DNA of 64,000 bases from an uncultured Candidatus Saccharibacteria bacterium (GTDB lineage Bacteria; Patescibacteriota; Minisyncoccia; Phycocordibacterales; UBA6899): NCBI GenBank assembly GCA_964469335.1, contig CAYXYK010000003.1:196674-260673 (forward strand). Direction: 5' to 3'. A program made the position numbers and the translations under genes. Each line of letters starts with the position of its first letter. Position 1 is the stretch's first letter. Shown piece after piece: positions 36,538 through 46,883 of the stretch. A model generated the notes under the pieces. It was not told the origin of the DNA, searched no databases, and saw nothing but the letters and a program-made list of their open reading frames with translations.

Positions 36538-36827
36538 GCGAATACCGCCTCAAAGAGAACGTGTGGCGGTATCAAGGAGAAGCCGGATGGTATTTCATTC
36601 ATCTCCCCAAAAAAGTGTCACGCGAGATTCGCGAGGAGTTCGCCGCTGCAAGACGACGGTGGGGAAGTATTCCGGTGCGGGTCACGCTCGGTAAGAGTAA
36701 TTGGAAAACATCGGTATTCCCCGATAGCAAAAGCGGGTGTTATCTCCTTCCGCTTAAAGCTTCGGTGCGCAAAAAAGAATCTATCGTGGATGGTATGTCA
36801 GTAGCCTGTGTGATCTCAATAGGATGA
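36534..36827 (+). CDS. DUF1905-like protein
   Basis: GEAGWYFIHLPKKVSREI ... RVTLGKSNWKTSVFP. Confidence 0.5.
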   Translation: MSEYRLKENVWRYQGEAGWYFIHLPKKVSREIREEFAAARRRWGSIPVRVTLGKSNWKTSVFPDSKSGCYLLPLKASVRKKESIVDGMSVACVISIG

Positions 36828-36883
36828 TCTTAACTGTAAGAAAATGATACGCCGCGAGTGTTCCTCGCGGCGTATTGCCGTCT

Positions 36884-37204
36884 TCAGGCGGCGGTACTCG
36901 GCCGTTCATTGCTCACTCCTCTGATTGTCGGTTCCTTCGGAAGTTGGTAAGCGACTCCGATCACTTTCTCGCCGTCGTCATCGTGGGTGACGATCCGTTC
37001 GATCGTGCCTTCTCGAGTAAGGTCGATCAGTGTGTTTCGCCATACGATCATCGGTGGAGTGCATCCAAGCAGTGCTGTCGTCTCCGCGAGCAACACACTC
37101 CCTTCGTGTAAACCTCGGCTAAGGACCGCAATGACAGCGGCCTGAACGCTGAGTGGTGTGTCCAAGGTACATACCTCCTTTCCGGCAAAAGGTGCCATCT
37201 TCAT
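36884..37204 (-). CDS. Hypothetical protein
   Basis: ORF only. Confidence 0.35.
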   Translation of the reverse strand: MKMAPFAGKEVCTLDTPLSVQAAVIAVLSRGLHEGSVLLAETTALLGCTPPMIVWRNTLIDLTREGTIERIVTHDDDGEKVIGVAYQLPKEPTIRGVSNERPSTAA

Positions 37205-37293
37205 CGTCTCATGTCTATAACCGGAGTCAAACGAAAAGGTTTCCGCTTCTTCATCCCCCGTTCATTGTGTTATCGTCGATGCGTCCGGCGTGA

Positions 37294-38172
37294 ATGAGTT
37301 TGGGTGAGTATCGCATTGTGCTTTCCGTGATATCCACTACTTCGGGGGCGGGGAGCAGTTATACTGAGATGATGAGTAGACCAATTCGCGAGTATGCGAA
37401 TGACTTTCTGTATTTCGGTCTCAAGCAAGCTCGCGCCTCTTTGTTCGCCGGGCTATTCTTCGCGCTACTGCTCTCATCCCGTTTTCTCAGCAGTCACTTG
37501 GGTCTCTTTCGTTACGACCTACTCTTCATCGGTGCGATGCTCATTCAGGTAGTACTCATCGGCTTTCGGCTCGAGACTCGCGACGAAGCCAAGGTTATTT
37601 TCCTTTTCCATATCATCGGTCTTGTTCTTGAGGTATACAAGACGAGCCCGATGGTCTCGTCGTGGAGTTATCCTGAAGACGGGTATCTCAAGATCATGAA
37701 TGTTCCGCTTTATAGCGGTTTCATGTATGCCGCAGTGGGGAGTTATATCGCACACGCATGGAAGGTGTTCGACTTGAGACTTGTCGGACATCCTTCGTAT
37801 CTCCACAGTGTCATCCTCTGCGGTCTCATCTATCTGAATTTCTTCACCAATCATTTCATTACCGATCTGCGGTATTTCCTGTTCCTCTTGGTGTTCTTGC
37901 TCTACTTCCGCACCATGGTCTATTTCACTCCACGTAACACAGAATACCGCATGCCGCTCATCCTCAGTTTCCTGCTCATCGCTTTCTTCATCTGGGTAGG
38001 AGAGAACATCGGTACATGGAACGGTGCATGGTTGTACCCGAATCAGGCCCATGAATGGCATGTGGTCGGACTACAAAAAGTCACCTCGTGGTTCCTGCTC
38101 GTCATCATTAGTTTCATTATCGTCGCATATCTCAAGCATTTCAAACGCGCCAGAGTGGATGCATACCCATGA
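37294..38172 (+). CDS. Multi-pass membrane protein (possibly DUF817-like)
   Basis: At least 6 hydrophobic helices; family name uncertain. Confidence 0.45.
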   Translation: MSLGEYRIVLSVISTTSGAGSSYTEMMSRPIREYANDFLYFGLKQARASLFAGLFFALLLSSRFLSSHLGLFRYDLLFIGAMLIQVVLIGFRLETRDEAKVIFLFHIIGLVLEVYKTSPMVSSWSYPEDGYLKIMNVPLYSGFMYAAVGSYIAHAWKVFDLRLVGHPSYLHSVILCGLIYLNFFTNHFITDLRYFLFLLVFLLYFRTMVYFTPRNTEYRMPLILSFLLIAFFIWVGENIGTWNGAWLYPNQAHEWHVVGLQKVTSWFLLVIISFIIVAYLKHFKRARVDAYP

Positions 38173-38379
38173 TGACCATGTGTATCGTGGTAGTATATGG
38201 GAATGAACACCCGCGAGGATACCCCTTCACACGAAGCACCGAGTCCGGACATGTCCGACCGCTCTGAAGATGCAACGCCAGAGAGAATCACCGGGAAGCA
38301 GTGGATGGCGATATGCTGCGTCATCTGTCTCTTGTTCGCACTTTTTCTCTTTATGCATGGAGGAGAATTTTGATAGAAT

Positions 38380-38790
38380 ATGACCCATATGGATGAAACA
38401 CAAGAACGTTCGAAAACGAATACGGAGACAGTATTCGCAGCAGGTACGGATCGGGTACACAGTCGTCGTATGTGGCTGAAAGTACTCGGGGTGCTCCTCC
38501 TCGCATTCGCTTCGTATCACATCGGCTGGTTCAGGGCGATGAGTTATTTCGGTGCGACATGGGACACGCCAAGAGGATCACTCGAGAAGAACATCGCGAC
38601 ACCTCAACTCCCGTCCCATCTCCTTATCTGTACTTCGACGCTACCGCGAGAGTGTTATGATTATCGTTGTCCCGTCGGGACGCACCTCGTCGATCCCGAA
38701 CAGTATAGTCTCCCTGATGCGGGAAGCAGGGAAAAGAAATGCTCCGACGATTCGACCGCAGTTGAAGTGCGGATGAGTCAGGGTCAATGA
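38380..38790 (+). CDS. Hypothetical protein with one TM helix
   Basis: ORF only. Confidence 0.35.
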   Translation: MTHMDETQERSKTNTETVFAAGTDRVHSRRMWLKVLGVLLLAFASYHIGWFRAMSYFGATWDTPRGSLEKNIATPQLPSHLLICTSTLPRECYDYRCPVGTHLVDPEQYSLPDAGSREKKCSDDSTAVEVRMSQGQ

Positions 38791-39035
38791 CCTCTTACCT
38801 CGTTCTCCCTGTTCCACTTCATCCGCATATATACTCCGCCTTGCCGGAGTTCTGTGAGCATTTGCTCGAGGCGCTTTGCCTTCGTCTCGTTTCGTACTGC
38901 ACGTGCGATCCAGCCGAGATAGTCGTTACGCTGATAGGGGGGACGGGAAAGATACCGCTCCATCAGCTTCGAGTCCATAAGGGCGGTGCGTATGTCTTTT
39001 GACATCGGGTTCACTTTTCGTTTGAGACTCGGCAT
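38784..39035 (-). CDS. YdeI/OmpD-associated family protein
   Basis: PYQRNDYLGWIARAVRNETKAKRLEQMLTELRQG. Confidence 0.5.
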   Translation of the reverse strand: MPSLKRKVNPMSKDIRTALMDSKLMERYLSRPPYQRNDYLGWIARAVRNETKAKRLEQMLTELRQGGVYMRMKWNRENEVRGH

Positions 39036-39208
39036 ATATATAGATATTGTAACTCAATCTTTTGTCTCCACAACCAATGATTTTGACATTTGTTGCCAAT
39101 TATTTCATAACTCATTCTCCCTATTGCAGAGAAGCCTTTCCGAGAGTATAGTTTTCATATCAGAAGCCTAGCTTCTGATCATTAACAAGTCCTCGATTCG
39201 TCGAGGAC

Positions 39209-40075
39209 TTGTTTCATTTCATGTCTGTGCTCTCGACCCCCAGGGGTCTTTTTTTGTTCCGCGCATCGATAATCCTTGTTACAATGGTGTCGATGAATAA
39301 AACCCTTTCAATTATTGCGGTATTGGCTCCGGTGCTCTTTATCGGCTATCTATTTATGATGAAGGCTCCACAGCAAGCCCCATCTCTTCCTGTCACTCCG
39401 GAGGAGAATGTGCTCATTGTCCATCCGATCATGCATGCGACAATGGTGCTTGATTGGGGCGGTGCCATTATCTATACCGACCCCGTTGGCGCACTCGACC
39501 AATTCAAGAACATGAAACCGGCTGATGTGATCCTTGTTACCGATATCCACGGCGACCATCTCAGTACGAGTACTTTGACTCAGCTGGTCGCGAGTGGGAC
39601 CGTCATCATCGCTCCGATGGCTGTCGCTGAGAAGCTCACACCGATGCTTCGTGCGCAGACGGTCATACTTGCGAACGGTGCCACGACGTCACAAAAGGGC
39701 TTCTTGTTCGAAGCCATTCCGATGTACAATCTTCCGGAAAGTGCAGAGAGTGCACACACGAAGGGAAGAGGGAACGGCTACATCGCTTCGCGAGACGGTA
39801 AGCGGGTCTACGTCGCAGGAGACACCGCTGACATACCGGAGATGCGTGCGCTCAAAGATATCGATACTGCATTCATTCCGATGAATCTCCCGTACACAAT
39901 GACCGTCGAAAGTGCGGCAGAAGGAGTACTTGCGTTCGCGCCACAACATGTCTACCCGTACCACTATCGCGGGAAGGATGGTCTTGCTGATGTTGCAAGG
40001 TTCAAACAGCTTGTACAAGCGGCGAATCCCGCCATCGATGTTGTCCTTGTGGACTGGTATCCTTCAAAACAGTGA
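39209..40075 (+). CDS. MBL-fold metallo-hydrolase with N-terminal signal/anchor (start uncertain)
   Basis: DPVGALDQFKNMKPADVILVTDIHGDHLS ... AGDTAD. Confidence 0.65.
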   Translation: MFHFMSVLSTPRGLFLFRASIILVTMVSMNKTLSIIAVLAPVLFIGYLFMMKAPQQAPSLPVTPEENVLIVHPIMHATMVLDWGGAIIYTDPVGALDQFKNMKPADVILVTDIHGDHLSTSTLTQLVASGTVIIAPMAVAEKLTPMLRAQTVILANGATTSQKGFLFEAIPMYNLPESAESAHTKGRGNGYIASRDGKRVYVAGDTADIPEMRALKDIDTAFIPMNLPYTMTVESAAEGVLAFAPQHVYPYHYRGKDGLADVARFKQLVQAANPAIDVVLVDWYPSKQ

Positions 40076-40114
40076 TCAACAGAATACGTATTATCAATAT
40101 TTATCTAAATCAAT

Positions 40115-40564
40115 ATGGAAGAAACAAAGACAACATCAACCCCTGCCGCAAACCCAGCACCCTCTATGGGGGCAAAGCCAATCGACACACATAGCTACCA
40201 GGGATGGCTGAACAGTGATCGTTTCTGGAAACGCGCACTCGCTGTCTATGGGTATAGTTTCGTCGGATCGCTCATGATCTCGATTCCGATACTTATCGTC
40301 ATATTCCTCATCGTGCTCGTACTTGGGGCAGTCGTCATGGGCACGATGTTCATGGGTGGAAATGCGCGACAAGAGTCTGCGCAGAGTCCCAATATGAAGA
40401 TCAACATCGACTTAGTCTGCGAGCAATCACTTACGTACACTGATTTCACTGACGCGACCTCCGCAGCGAAGTATGTCGATGAATGCAAGCGCGGCGAGCA
40501 TCCGGAAGTGATCCAGCATTTCCGCGATTCATTCGCTCCAGCCGTTGACGGAGCTGCGATATAA
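40115..40564 (+). CDS. Hypothetical membrane protein
   Basis: ORF with a hydrophobic segment. Confidence 0.4.
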   Translation: MEETKTTSTPAANPAPSMGAKPIDTHSYQGWLNSDRFWKRALAVYGYSFVGSLMISIPILIVIFLIVLVLGAVVMGTMFMGGNARQESAQSPNMKINIDLVCEQSLTYTDFTDATSAAKYVDECKRGEHPEVIQHFRDSFAPAVDGAAI

Positions 40565-40578
40565 TCGAAGATTCCCCA

Positions 40579-40791
40579 TTACTGCTTACGTCCCCAATGG
40601 ATGTGTGCCCATATACGCTCGTGGAAATAATAGAGGAGCGTACTATAGCCGTTCACGAACAGGACGATTCCTGCGCTGAGCGCAACGTTTTGTGTGAAAA
40701 AATATGCGACCATCGAGTCGACGCTGATAGAGAGAATACGATAGCTGAGCGCCTTCGCCCCGGAGCGTTTATGCTTCTCTCCTGATGTCAT
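40579..40791 (-). CDS. DUF2061-like small membrane protein
   Basis: RSGAKALSYRILSISVDSMVAYFFT ... YYFHERIW. Confidence 0.5.
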   Translation of the reverse strand: MTSGEKHKRSGAKALSYRILSISVDSMVAYFFTQNVALSAGIVLFVNGYSTLLYYFHERIWAHIHWGRKQ

Positions 40792-40837
40792 CTGTGCAGT
40801 ATATCAGGTAAATTTCCTAAGCGGTCTTCTTTCCGTA

Positions 40838-42145
40838 TTACTCGGAGACTTTGAGCGTGCGCATCGCACTCTTGATGGTAAGACCTTTTACGAACAGGGT
40901 GAACAGGATGCAGCTGACGGTGAGGATAAGGATGAATTCATGGATCGAGATGGGATAGTTCCAACCTTCGATTACGAGACTTTCCGGTACAGAAAGCGCC
41001 ATCAGCACAGCAAGAGCGCCACGCAGCGAGCCCCATGACAAAAGATGTGACCACGATGGGGGGATGTGCTCTTCAAGCTTCAATCTATTGATCAGCCATG
41101 TGACAGGATAGACGGACACCGCTCGTCCCGATGCGACCACGAAGATGGTCAGGAGCACCGGGGCGAACAAGGGGATTGCTTGTGGGATGATTTCGGCTGC
41201 AGCAACACCGATCAGCACGAAGATGAGGGAATTCGCGAGAAATGCGAATGCTTCCCAGATCTTGCGCAGGGATGCATACGTCTCTTCCGGGAGGTATTTT
41301 CGTTCCCATTCCCCGACCATGATTGCGGCGATGATGGTCGCGATGATCGAAGAGAATTTTATCTCCATTCCGCCGATGATGAGGTGGTGCGAGATGATCT
41401 CGCTCAAGATGAAGGTGATGTGGGCGACGACGAGTCCGAGTGAGAGCTGGGACATGCTGTCACCGCGTGAGTACTCCATGAATTTTGTGAATACTTTCGC
41501 CATCAGCCACCCGAACAGCATTCCTCCGACGACCATAGTCGTGAATAGGAACACTCCTTCAAAGAGAGAAGAAAGTCCTTCAAGATGCCCCTTCATCACG
41601 ATCTCCATCACCACAAGGAAGAGTGCGAATGATGTGCCATCATTGAAAAGACTCTCACCTTCGAAGATGAGGGAGAGTCGGTGTGGGGCCTTGTATTCTT
41701 TAAATAGTGCGAGTACTGCGACCGGATCAGTGGCAGAGATGAGCGCCCCAAAGATGAGTGTGACCAAGAATGGAACCCCGAATCCGAACAATGCGAACAT
41801 CCCGTACAGTACGAGCGCGACGAATCCTGCTGAGATCAAAAGGCTAGCGATCGAAAGCAGTCCGATCGACCAGCGGTTCTCGATGAAATCTTTCGCTTTG
41901 ATCTGCATTCCCGACTCGAACAGGAGGAGGGGGAGGAAGACGGCAAGCAGGAGCTCCGGCTGAAGCGTGACTTTCCCGAGGAAAGAGAAATACTGGAAAT
42001 GCGTGAGCGGGTAAATTGCCATTCCTACTAAAGCGAGGAATATCGTATACGGCATGCCGGTCCTACGCGAGAACATGTGCACCAAAATAGCGACGGTCAT
42101 GAGAAAACCCAGGTCGAGCACCACGGAAAATATCGGATTCAGCAT
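40838..42145 (-). CDS. Cation:proton (Na+/H+) antiporter, CPA1 family
   Basis: 12 TM-like helices with the Na_H_Exchanger profile (FLPLLLFESG, ISATDPVAVLALFK). Confidence 0.8.
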   Translation of the reverse strand: MLNPIFSVVLDLGFLMTVAILVHMFSRRTGMPYTIFLALVGMAIYPLTHFQYFSFLGKVTLQPELLLAVFLPLLLFESGMQIKAKDFIENRWSIGLLSIASLLISAGFVALVLYGMFALFGFGVPFLVTLIFGALISATDPVAVLALFKEYKAPHRLSLIFEGESLFNDGTSFALFLVVMEIVMKGHLEGLSSLFEGVFLFTTMVVGGMLFGWLMAKVFTKFMEYSRGDSMSQLSLGLVVAHITFILSEIISHHLIIGGMEIKFSSIIATIIAAIMVGEWERKYLPEETYASLRKIWEAFAFLANSLIFVLIGVAAAEIIPQAIPLFAPVLLTIFVVASGRAVSVYPVTWLINRLKLEEHIPPSWSHLLSWGSLRGALAVLMALSVPESLVIEGWNYPISIHEFILILTVSCILFTLFVKGLTIKSAMRTLKVSE

Positions 42146-42234
42146 AAGGATACAATTGTATGCTTAAATCTTTTTTATACAAGCAAGTTACGCACAGTAA
42201 AAAATGACTCCCTGCAGCGTGCAGGGAGTCCGGG

Positions 42235-42567
42235 TCATTGGTTCGGCACATAGATGCGGATCCCGCCCATCGAAGGGGGAGTCCAATCCTTGAAATAGAC
42301 ATTCTTGATCTCGACCACATCGCCCCGAAAGCGCAGTTTTGCCGCGGTCCCGGTCGCCTTGTCGGTTCCACACATGATGCAGCTACCAGCCTCGATGTCG
42401 ATGAGAAACGGCGCAGAAGCGACGTCTGATAGCGGGAAAGGGTTCCCACCGAAGAAAAGGTCACGTACCCAGACACAGTTCGGGTCATGGTTGGCCATCG
42501 TGACAAGCAGCGGGATGTCCCGCTCCGTTGCAGGGTGGTAGTTTGCGGAAAGTTCCGTCAGGTCCAT
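42235..42567 (-). CDS. Hypothetical protein
   Basis: ORF only. Confidence 0.4.
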   Translation of the reverse strand: MDLTELSANYHPATERDIPLLVTMANHDPNCVWVRDLFFGGNPFPLSDVASAPFLIDIEAGSCIMCGTDKATGTAAKLRFRGDVVEIKNVYFKDWTPPSMGGIRIYVPNQ

Positions 42568-43221
42568 GCATTTCTCCTTTTTGCCGGTCCTCGGAACAAT
42601 CTAACATTACTGCTTGATCAGTCAATTTGTGTCTTGGGGTCGATGCGGTACTATGGTATTCATGACCGCTGAGGAAATAAGCGAAAGTGTACAGTCGCCG
42701 GATTCCGTCAACCATACGGAAGCACAGGTCGAGATAAGTGAAATGGCACATAAACATGCCGAAGTTTTGCATGAGCTCGAAAGTGAAGCGCTCGGGGCCG
42801 CAGTGATCGAGCGACCTGCTCAACAGGCATGGGCGGACGGCTATGACGCGATTACCCGGATGCTCGTTGTTTCGACGTCTTTGCCGGCGGAACATACTGC
42901 TCGATAACCCTTACGAACAATCACCATGATCCTACCGATGATCCAAGATGAATACGCATATCTCCGAGCGATCATATTTGCTTCCGAGCTTGGGAACGAA
43001 CAAAAGGATCTCTGGTATGCACTACTTCCTTCACTCGAGAAGTCTGGAACCCTTGCTGCAGTGCTCACGTTGGTTGCAGAGGCGCCTTCGGCACTTTTTG
43101 AATTGACCGATAATCTGAATAAAAAGGCCGCAGCGATCGCTAGTGGCGACACGACAGCGTTTCATGCGATCGTCGGTCAGGAATTGGAGTATATTGCCAG
43201 GTTTTAAGGCACGGAACTGTC

Positions 43222-43581
43222 ATGCATAAAGTCAATCTGTTTCTGAAGTTCGAAGGACTCATCTTTCTGCTCGTTGCGGTGTGGATCTATGCCTCATTCA
43301 GTATCAGTTGGTGGTACTTCTTCGCACTCATCCTTGTTCCTGATGTTGTCATGCTTGGCTATCTCAAGAACATGAGATTCGGAGCACTGCTCTATAACCT
43401 TGGGCACACATATACGCTACCAGTCCTCCTTTTCCCGGTCGGTCTGCTTTTGAATAACGGCATGATCATCTATGCTGCGGTGATCTGGTTCGCTCATATC
43501 AGTATGGACCGGATGATGGGCTACGGACTAAAGCTCGACAGTCATTTCAAAGATACGCATCTTGGTCGGATCGGAAAATAA
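43222..43581 (+). CDS. DUF4260-like membrane protein
   Basis: Hydrophobic 119 aa with LGYLKNMRFGALLYNLGHTY. Confidence 0.45.
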   Translation: MHKVNLFLKFEGLIFLLVAVWIYASFSISWWYFFALILVPDVVMLGYLKNMRFGALLYNLGHTYTLPVLLFPVGLLLNNGMIIYAAVIWFAHISMDRMMGYGLKLDSHFKDTHLGRIGK

Positions 43582-43636
43582 ATGTCCGTACCGGAAGAGT
43601 GGATAACCCGCTGGTCACTCATGCTAGAATGCGAAC

Positions 43637-44185
43637 ATGCGAATAGCCGTTGTTGGAGCTCAAAATACTGGGAAATCCACCTTCCTCTCGGATCTCCTCC
43701 TTGCGTTCCCTCACTATACGTCACCGAAGGGAACATACCGTGATCTGGTGCTCGAAAAAGGACTCAAGATCAACCAAGAGACAGGAGAAGAGAGCCAGCG
43801 TGCGATCAGAGACTTCCTCTGGGGGCAGATCGAGAACGATCCACATGAGGATGTGTTCTTCGATCGTTCGATCATCGATAACTATATCTATACGGTATTA
43901 GCGCATGAGCGCGGTACGGTGAGCCAGGGATTGGTCGAAGAAACTCATGAGATGATGCTTGCTTCGTTCGATCTCCTAGATCGGCTATTTTTCATTCCCA
44001 CTGCGGTATCGGTTCGACTCACCGACGATGAGCTGCGGGATATCGATACGAAATTCATCGATCTGACGAATCAGCGTTTCATTGCGACACTGCTCGAGGC
44101 GTCGCACATGAGTGATATCGCCATCGATGTCATCGCGGGGACAAGAGAGGAGCGAGTTGCAGCTGCCCGAAAGGTCATCAGCTGA
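43637..44185 (+). CDS. P-loop NTPase (AAA_28/NadR-like ATPase-kinase)
   Basis: RIAVVGAQNTGKSTFL Walker A; DRSIIDNYIY. Confidence 0.55.
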   Translation: MRIAVVGAQNTGKSTFLSDLLLAFPHYTSPKGTYRDLVLEKGLKINQETGEESQRAIRDFLWGQIENDPHEDVFFDRSIIDNYIYTVLAHERGTVSQGLVEETHEMMLASFDLLDRLFFIPTAVSVRLTDDELRDIDTKFIDLTNQRFIATLLEASHMSDIAIDVIAGTREERVAAARKVIS

Positions 44186-44226
44186 ATTGCATACAGGTCG
44201 CATTAATATACACAGATAATAAAGAT

Positions 44227-44448
44227 ATGGATATCGATAATATCAAAGACAAAGTTTCAAAAGCATCGCGTACCGAGGTTGGGAAACAGGTCGTCGATGC
44301 GGTAGAAGGAATCGCAGAAGGGAAAGTACGAGAGATTCGGAAGGTCGCCGCAGAGCATGGACTCGGTGGAGTGTTCGACACGATCGAGAATCTCGCGGAG
44401 AAACAAGTAGGCGTTGACCTCGATGGCGACGGCGATATCGGCAAATGA
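44227..44448 (+). CDS. Hypothetical small protein
   Basis: ORF only. Confidence 0.3.
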   Translation: MDIDNIKDKVSKASRTEVGKQVVDAVEGIAEGKVREIRKVAAEHGLGGVFDTIENLAEKQVGVDLDGDGDIGK

Positions 44449-44708
44449 ATAAATACGAACGCATTCCTGAAAGGGTCATCGACCTCCATGGTCATAGTGT
44501 GCGGAAGTCGGAGGCGCTTCTTGAAGAGATATTGCTCTCCAAAGAAGTTTCGCATCTGCGGATCATCGTCGGGAAGGGGACACATAGCGAAAAAGGAGCG
44601 GTGCTGCGCGAGTTCGTGAAAGAGTTCCTCCATGAAAGAAATATCCGTTTTTCTCAATCCAAGTTAAGAGACGGAGGCGAAGGTGCCCTCGAGGTATTTC
44701 TCTCATGA
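44445..44708 (+). CDS. Smr-domain protein
   Basis: IDLHGHSVRKSEALL ... LRIIVGKGTHS. Confidence 0.6.
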   Translation: MNKYERIPERVIDLHGHSVRKSEALLEEILLSKEVSHLRIIVGKGTHSEKGAVLREFVKEFLHERNIRFSQSKLRDGGEGALEVFLS

Positions 44709-45200
44709 TGCGGCGACATCGATACCTTTCTCGACCTTCTCTTTGATCTCAGTGATGTCGGTCCTTGTCTTCATCCGCTCGAGTTCGACATCTTCTTTGT
44801 CCATGCCGAGTTCTGAATGGAGGTCATGGAGCATGTGGAGGATCTTCGTGATTTCGTGTTCAGCGCGCACGTTGATCTCGAGATCGATGTGTTGGCGTAT
44901 CTCGGCGATCTTTCCCTGACGGTTCTGGCTGATCAGTACGACGATCGGCATGAACACGACGAACAGAGCCGCCATGATGACGAGTAGCTCGAATGGGTAT
45001 GGATCGAATGCGTTCACTCCTGGAAACGTGTTGGTATTGATCGCGACCCAGGAGGAGACGAAGAGGATCATCGCAACGAGGAACCAGACACTTCCGAAGA
45101 GTGACGTGAGGTTCTTTGCTATTTTGTCTGACCAATTCTTTTCGAAATCAAGCTCTGAGCGGAGTAACTCATCAGTGCTGTGCTCGTGTGGTGGGGTCAT
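44703..45200 (-). CDS. DUF1003-like membrane protein
   Basis: SVWFLVAMILFVSSWVAINT ... FDPYPFELL ... LISQNRQ. Confidence 0.55.
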   Translation of the reverse strand: MTPPHEHSTDELLRSELDFEKNWSDKIAKNLTSLFGSVWFLVAMILFVSSWVAINTNTFPGVNAFDPYPFELLVIMAALFVVFMPIVVLISQNRQGKIAEIRQHIDLEINVRAEHEITKILHMLHDLHSELGMDKEDVELERMKTRTDITEIKEKVEKGIDVAAS

Positions 45201-45569
45201 GCATGTGAGTTATATTTTTGGATGACTCAGGAAGAGATAGCGATATATGCGCATCGTCTGATGCGCATATTCGCTCGCTCTCGAGTTTGGTCCTTATTTC
45301 AGGAATGTAGAAGGCCCCACAGTGACTACCCCTTACAATCGCATTCGGAGCACTTCGTCCCTGCTTTGTGCATATGAGAACACTTTGCGCACTTGTTCTC
45401 AGTTTGTTCGGTCTTATCCATATAGTGAAATTATTTTTTGCGTAATTGTTTTCGACCGATGAGATGAGCATACAGGGGAGAGGTGTGTTCTTGGTGAAGA
45501 AGTCATGTGCGGCTGCTGTGCTTGAGCATCCCACAGTATTTCGGGGCATACGGACGACCGGTACAAAAA

Positions 45570-45600
45570 ACCCGAGCGCTTTCGCTCGGGTTTTTTGTGC
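45570..45600. terminator. Bidirectional intrinsic terminator
   Basis: aaaaaacccgagcgctttcgctcgggttttttg. Confidence 0.6.
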
Positions 45601-45606
45601 GTCGTA

Positions 45607-46110
45607 TTATTTGATCGCCTTGAGTGTGATCTCGAAAACAAGTGTCGAGTTCGGAGGGATCGCACCGGGGAACCCCGCCGCACCATATGCAAGTTCAGGG
45701 GCGATGGTAAGTCGTCTCTTTTCTCCGACCTTCATTCCGACGATCCCGAGATCCCAACCACGGATCACTTGGCCTTGCCCAAGTGTGATGGTGAGCGGCT
45801 CTCCTCGAGGGATGCTCGAATCAAAGACTTTTCCGTCAGTGAACATACCGGTATAGTCGACCGAGATCGTTTTCCCGTTCACTGCGATGACGTCTCCCGT
45901 GCCCGGAGTAAGCACTTCTACATCAAGGCCTTGCGTGCCGGACGGCTGGACGGTCACTCCGGAAGGAGAGTCTGTCTTCGACATGGCAGCTGATCCATCA
46001 GGACGAGACGCCATGAACCAATATGCCGCAAGTGCGAATAAAGCGAGAACTCCAACGATAGAAAGTAAGATATTTTTATTCATAGAGCTATCATACTCGG
46101 ACGATAGCAA
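45607..46110 (-). CDS. FKBP-type peptidyl-prolyl cis-trans isomerase (secreted)
   Basis: VDYTGMFTDGKVFDSS ... GQVIRGWDLGIVGMKVGEKRRLTIAPELAYG. Confidence 0.85.
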   Translation of the reverse strand: MLSSEYDSSMNKNILLSIVGVLALFALAAYWFMASRPDGSAAMSKTDSPSGVTVQPSGTQGLDVEVLTPGTGDVIAVNGKTISVDYTGMFTDGKVFDSSIPRGEPLTITLGQGQVIRGWDLGIVGMKVGEKRRLTIAPELAYGAAGFPGAIPPNSTLVFEITLKAIK

Positions 46111-46162
46111 ATCCTCAACTGAGAGCTATGAAAACGCCCGACACGAAGGTCGGGCGGCAGAC

Positions 46163-46483
46163 TTAGAAGGCGGTTTCGCCGTAGCTATTGATAGCCACAT
46201 GATTCGGAAGGAAGCCGGTGCTGCGGAGATTTCTTGAAAGTGCTCTGAAAGTCGGACCTTCGGCCCGCGCGAGTTCGGTTCTGACTCCCTTTTGGTCGAG
46301 TTGGTAGATGACACCCTTCTTACCGCTATTCCCTTTGCGACCTCCACCAACTGCGCCGTTGCTTTTTCGTTGTGTGCTGACGTCGACGATACGGTTGAGG
46401 CATGGCTTTTCATTCCACACAGTGACCCCTTGTTTGAGTGATCGAACTGAGGTGTATCCTACGTTTTTTAAACGGACATGCAA
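46163..46483 (-). CDS. Hypothetical basic protein
   Basis: ORF only. Confidence 0.35.
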   Translation of the reverse strand: MHVRLKNVGYTSVRSLKQGVTVWNEKPCLNRIVDVSTQRKSNGAVGGGRKGNSGKKGVIYQLDQKGVRTELARAEGPTFRALSRNLRSTGFLPNHVAINSYGETAF

Positions 46484-46523
46484 CCATCGCTCTCCCTTAC
46501 GGAAAAACTGCTATAATTTCCCC

Positions 46524-46883
46524 ATGAAGGTGAGTCAATTCGTTGAGTACATCATCGGCGATCAGCTCACACAATTGTCGGGGCTATCAGCACGTTCGAT
46601 GTTCGGCGGCTTTGGTATCTATTTGGAAGGAATGATCGTCGGTATCGTGGTCGGGGATGTACTCTATTTGAAAGTCGATGAGTCGAACCGCGCCGAATAT
46701 GAAGCCATGGGGAGCACGCCATTCACTTATAAAAGGAAGGATGGCAGATCGACATCGATCTCGTATTGGAGTGTCCCCAACGAAGTGGTAGAAGATAGTG
46801 GTCACCTCACTGCACTTGTGCTCTCTTCATATGAGATCAACCTTGCGCGTGAAGTTACGAGAAATAATATAAAGAACATATGA
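46524..46883 (+). CDS. TfoX N-terminal domain protein
   Basis: LSARSMFGGFGIYLEGMIVGIVVGDVLYLKVDE ... ISYWSVP. Confidence 0.5.
   Translation: MKVSQFVEYIIGDQLTQLSGLSARSMFGGFGIYLEGMIVGIVVGDVLYLKVDESNRAEYEAMGSTPFTYKRKDGRSTSISYWSVPNEVVEDSGHLTALVLSSYEINLAREVTRNNIKNI

Noticed and set aside
41145-41963. ORF 41145..41963 (+, 272 aa), antisense to the Na+/H+ antiporter gene
   Set aside because: The antiporter frame has a coherent 12-helix hydropathy pattern and family motifs. The antisense ORF is Ser/Arg-rich low complexity.
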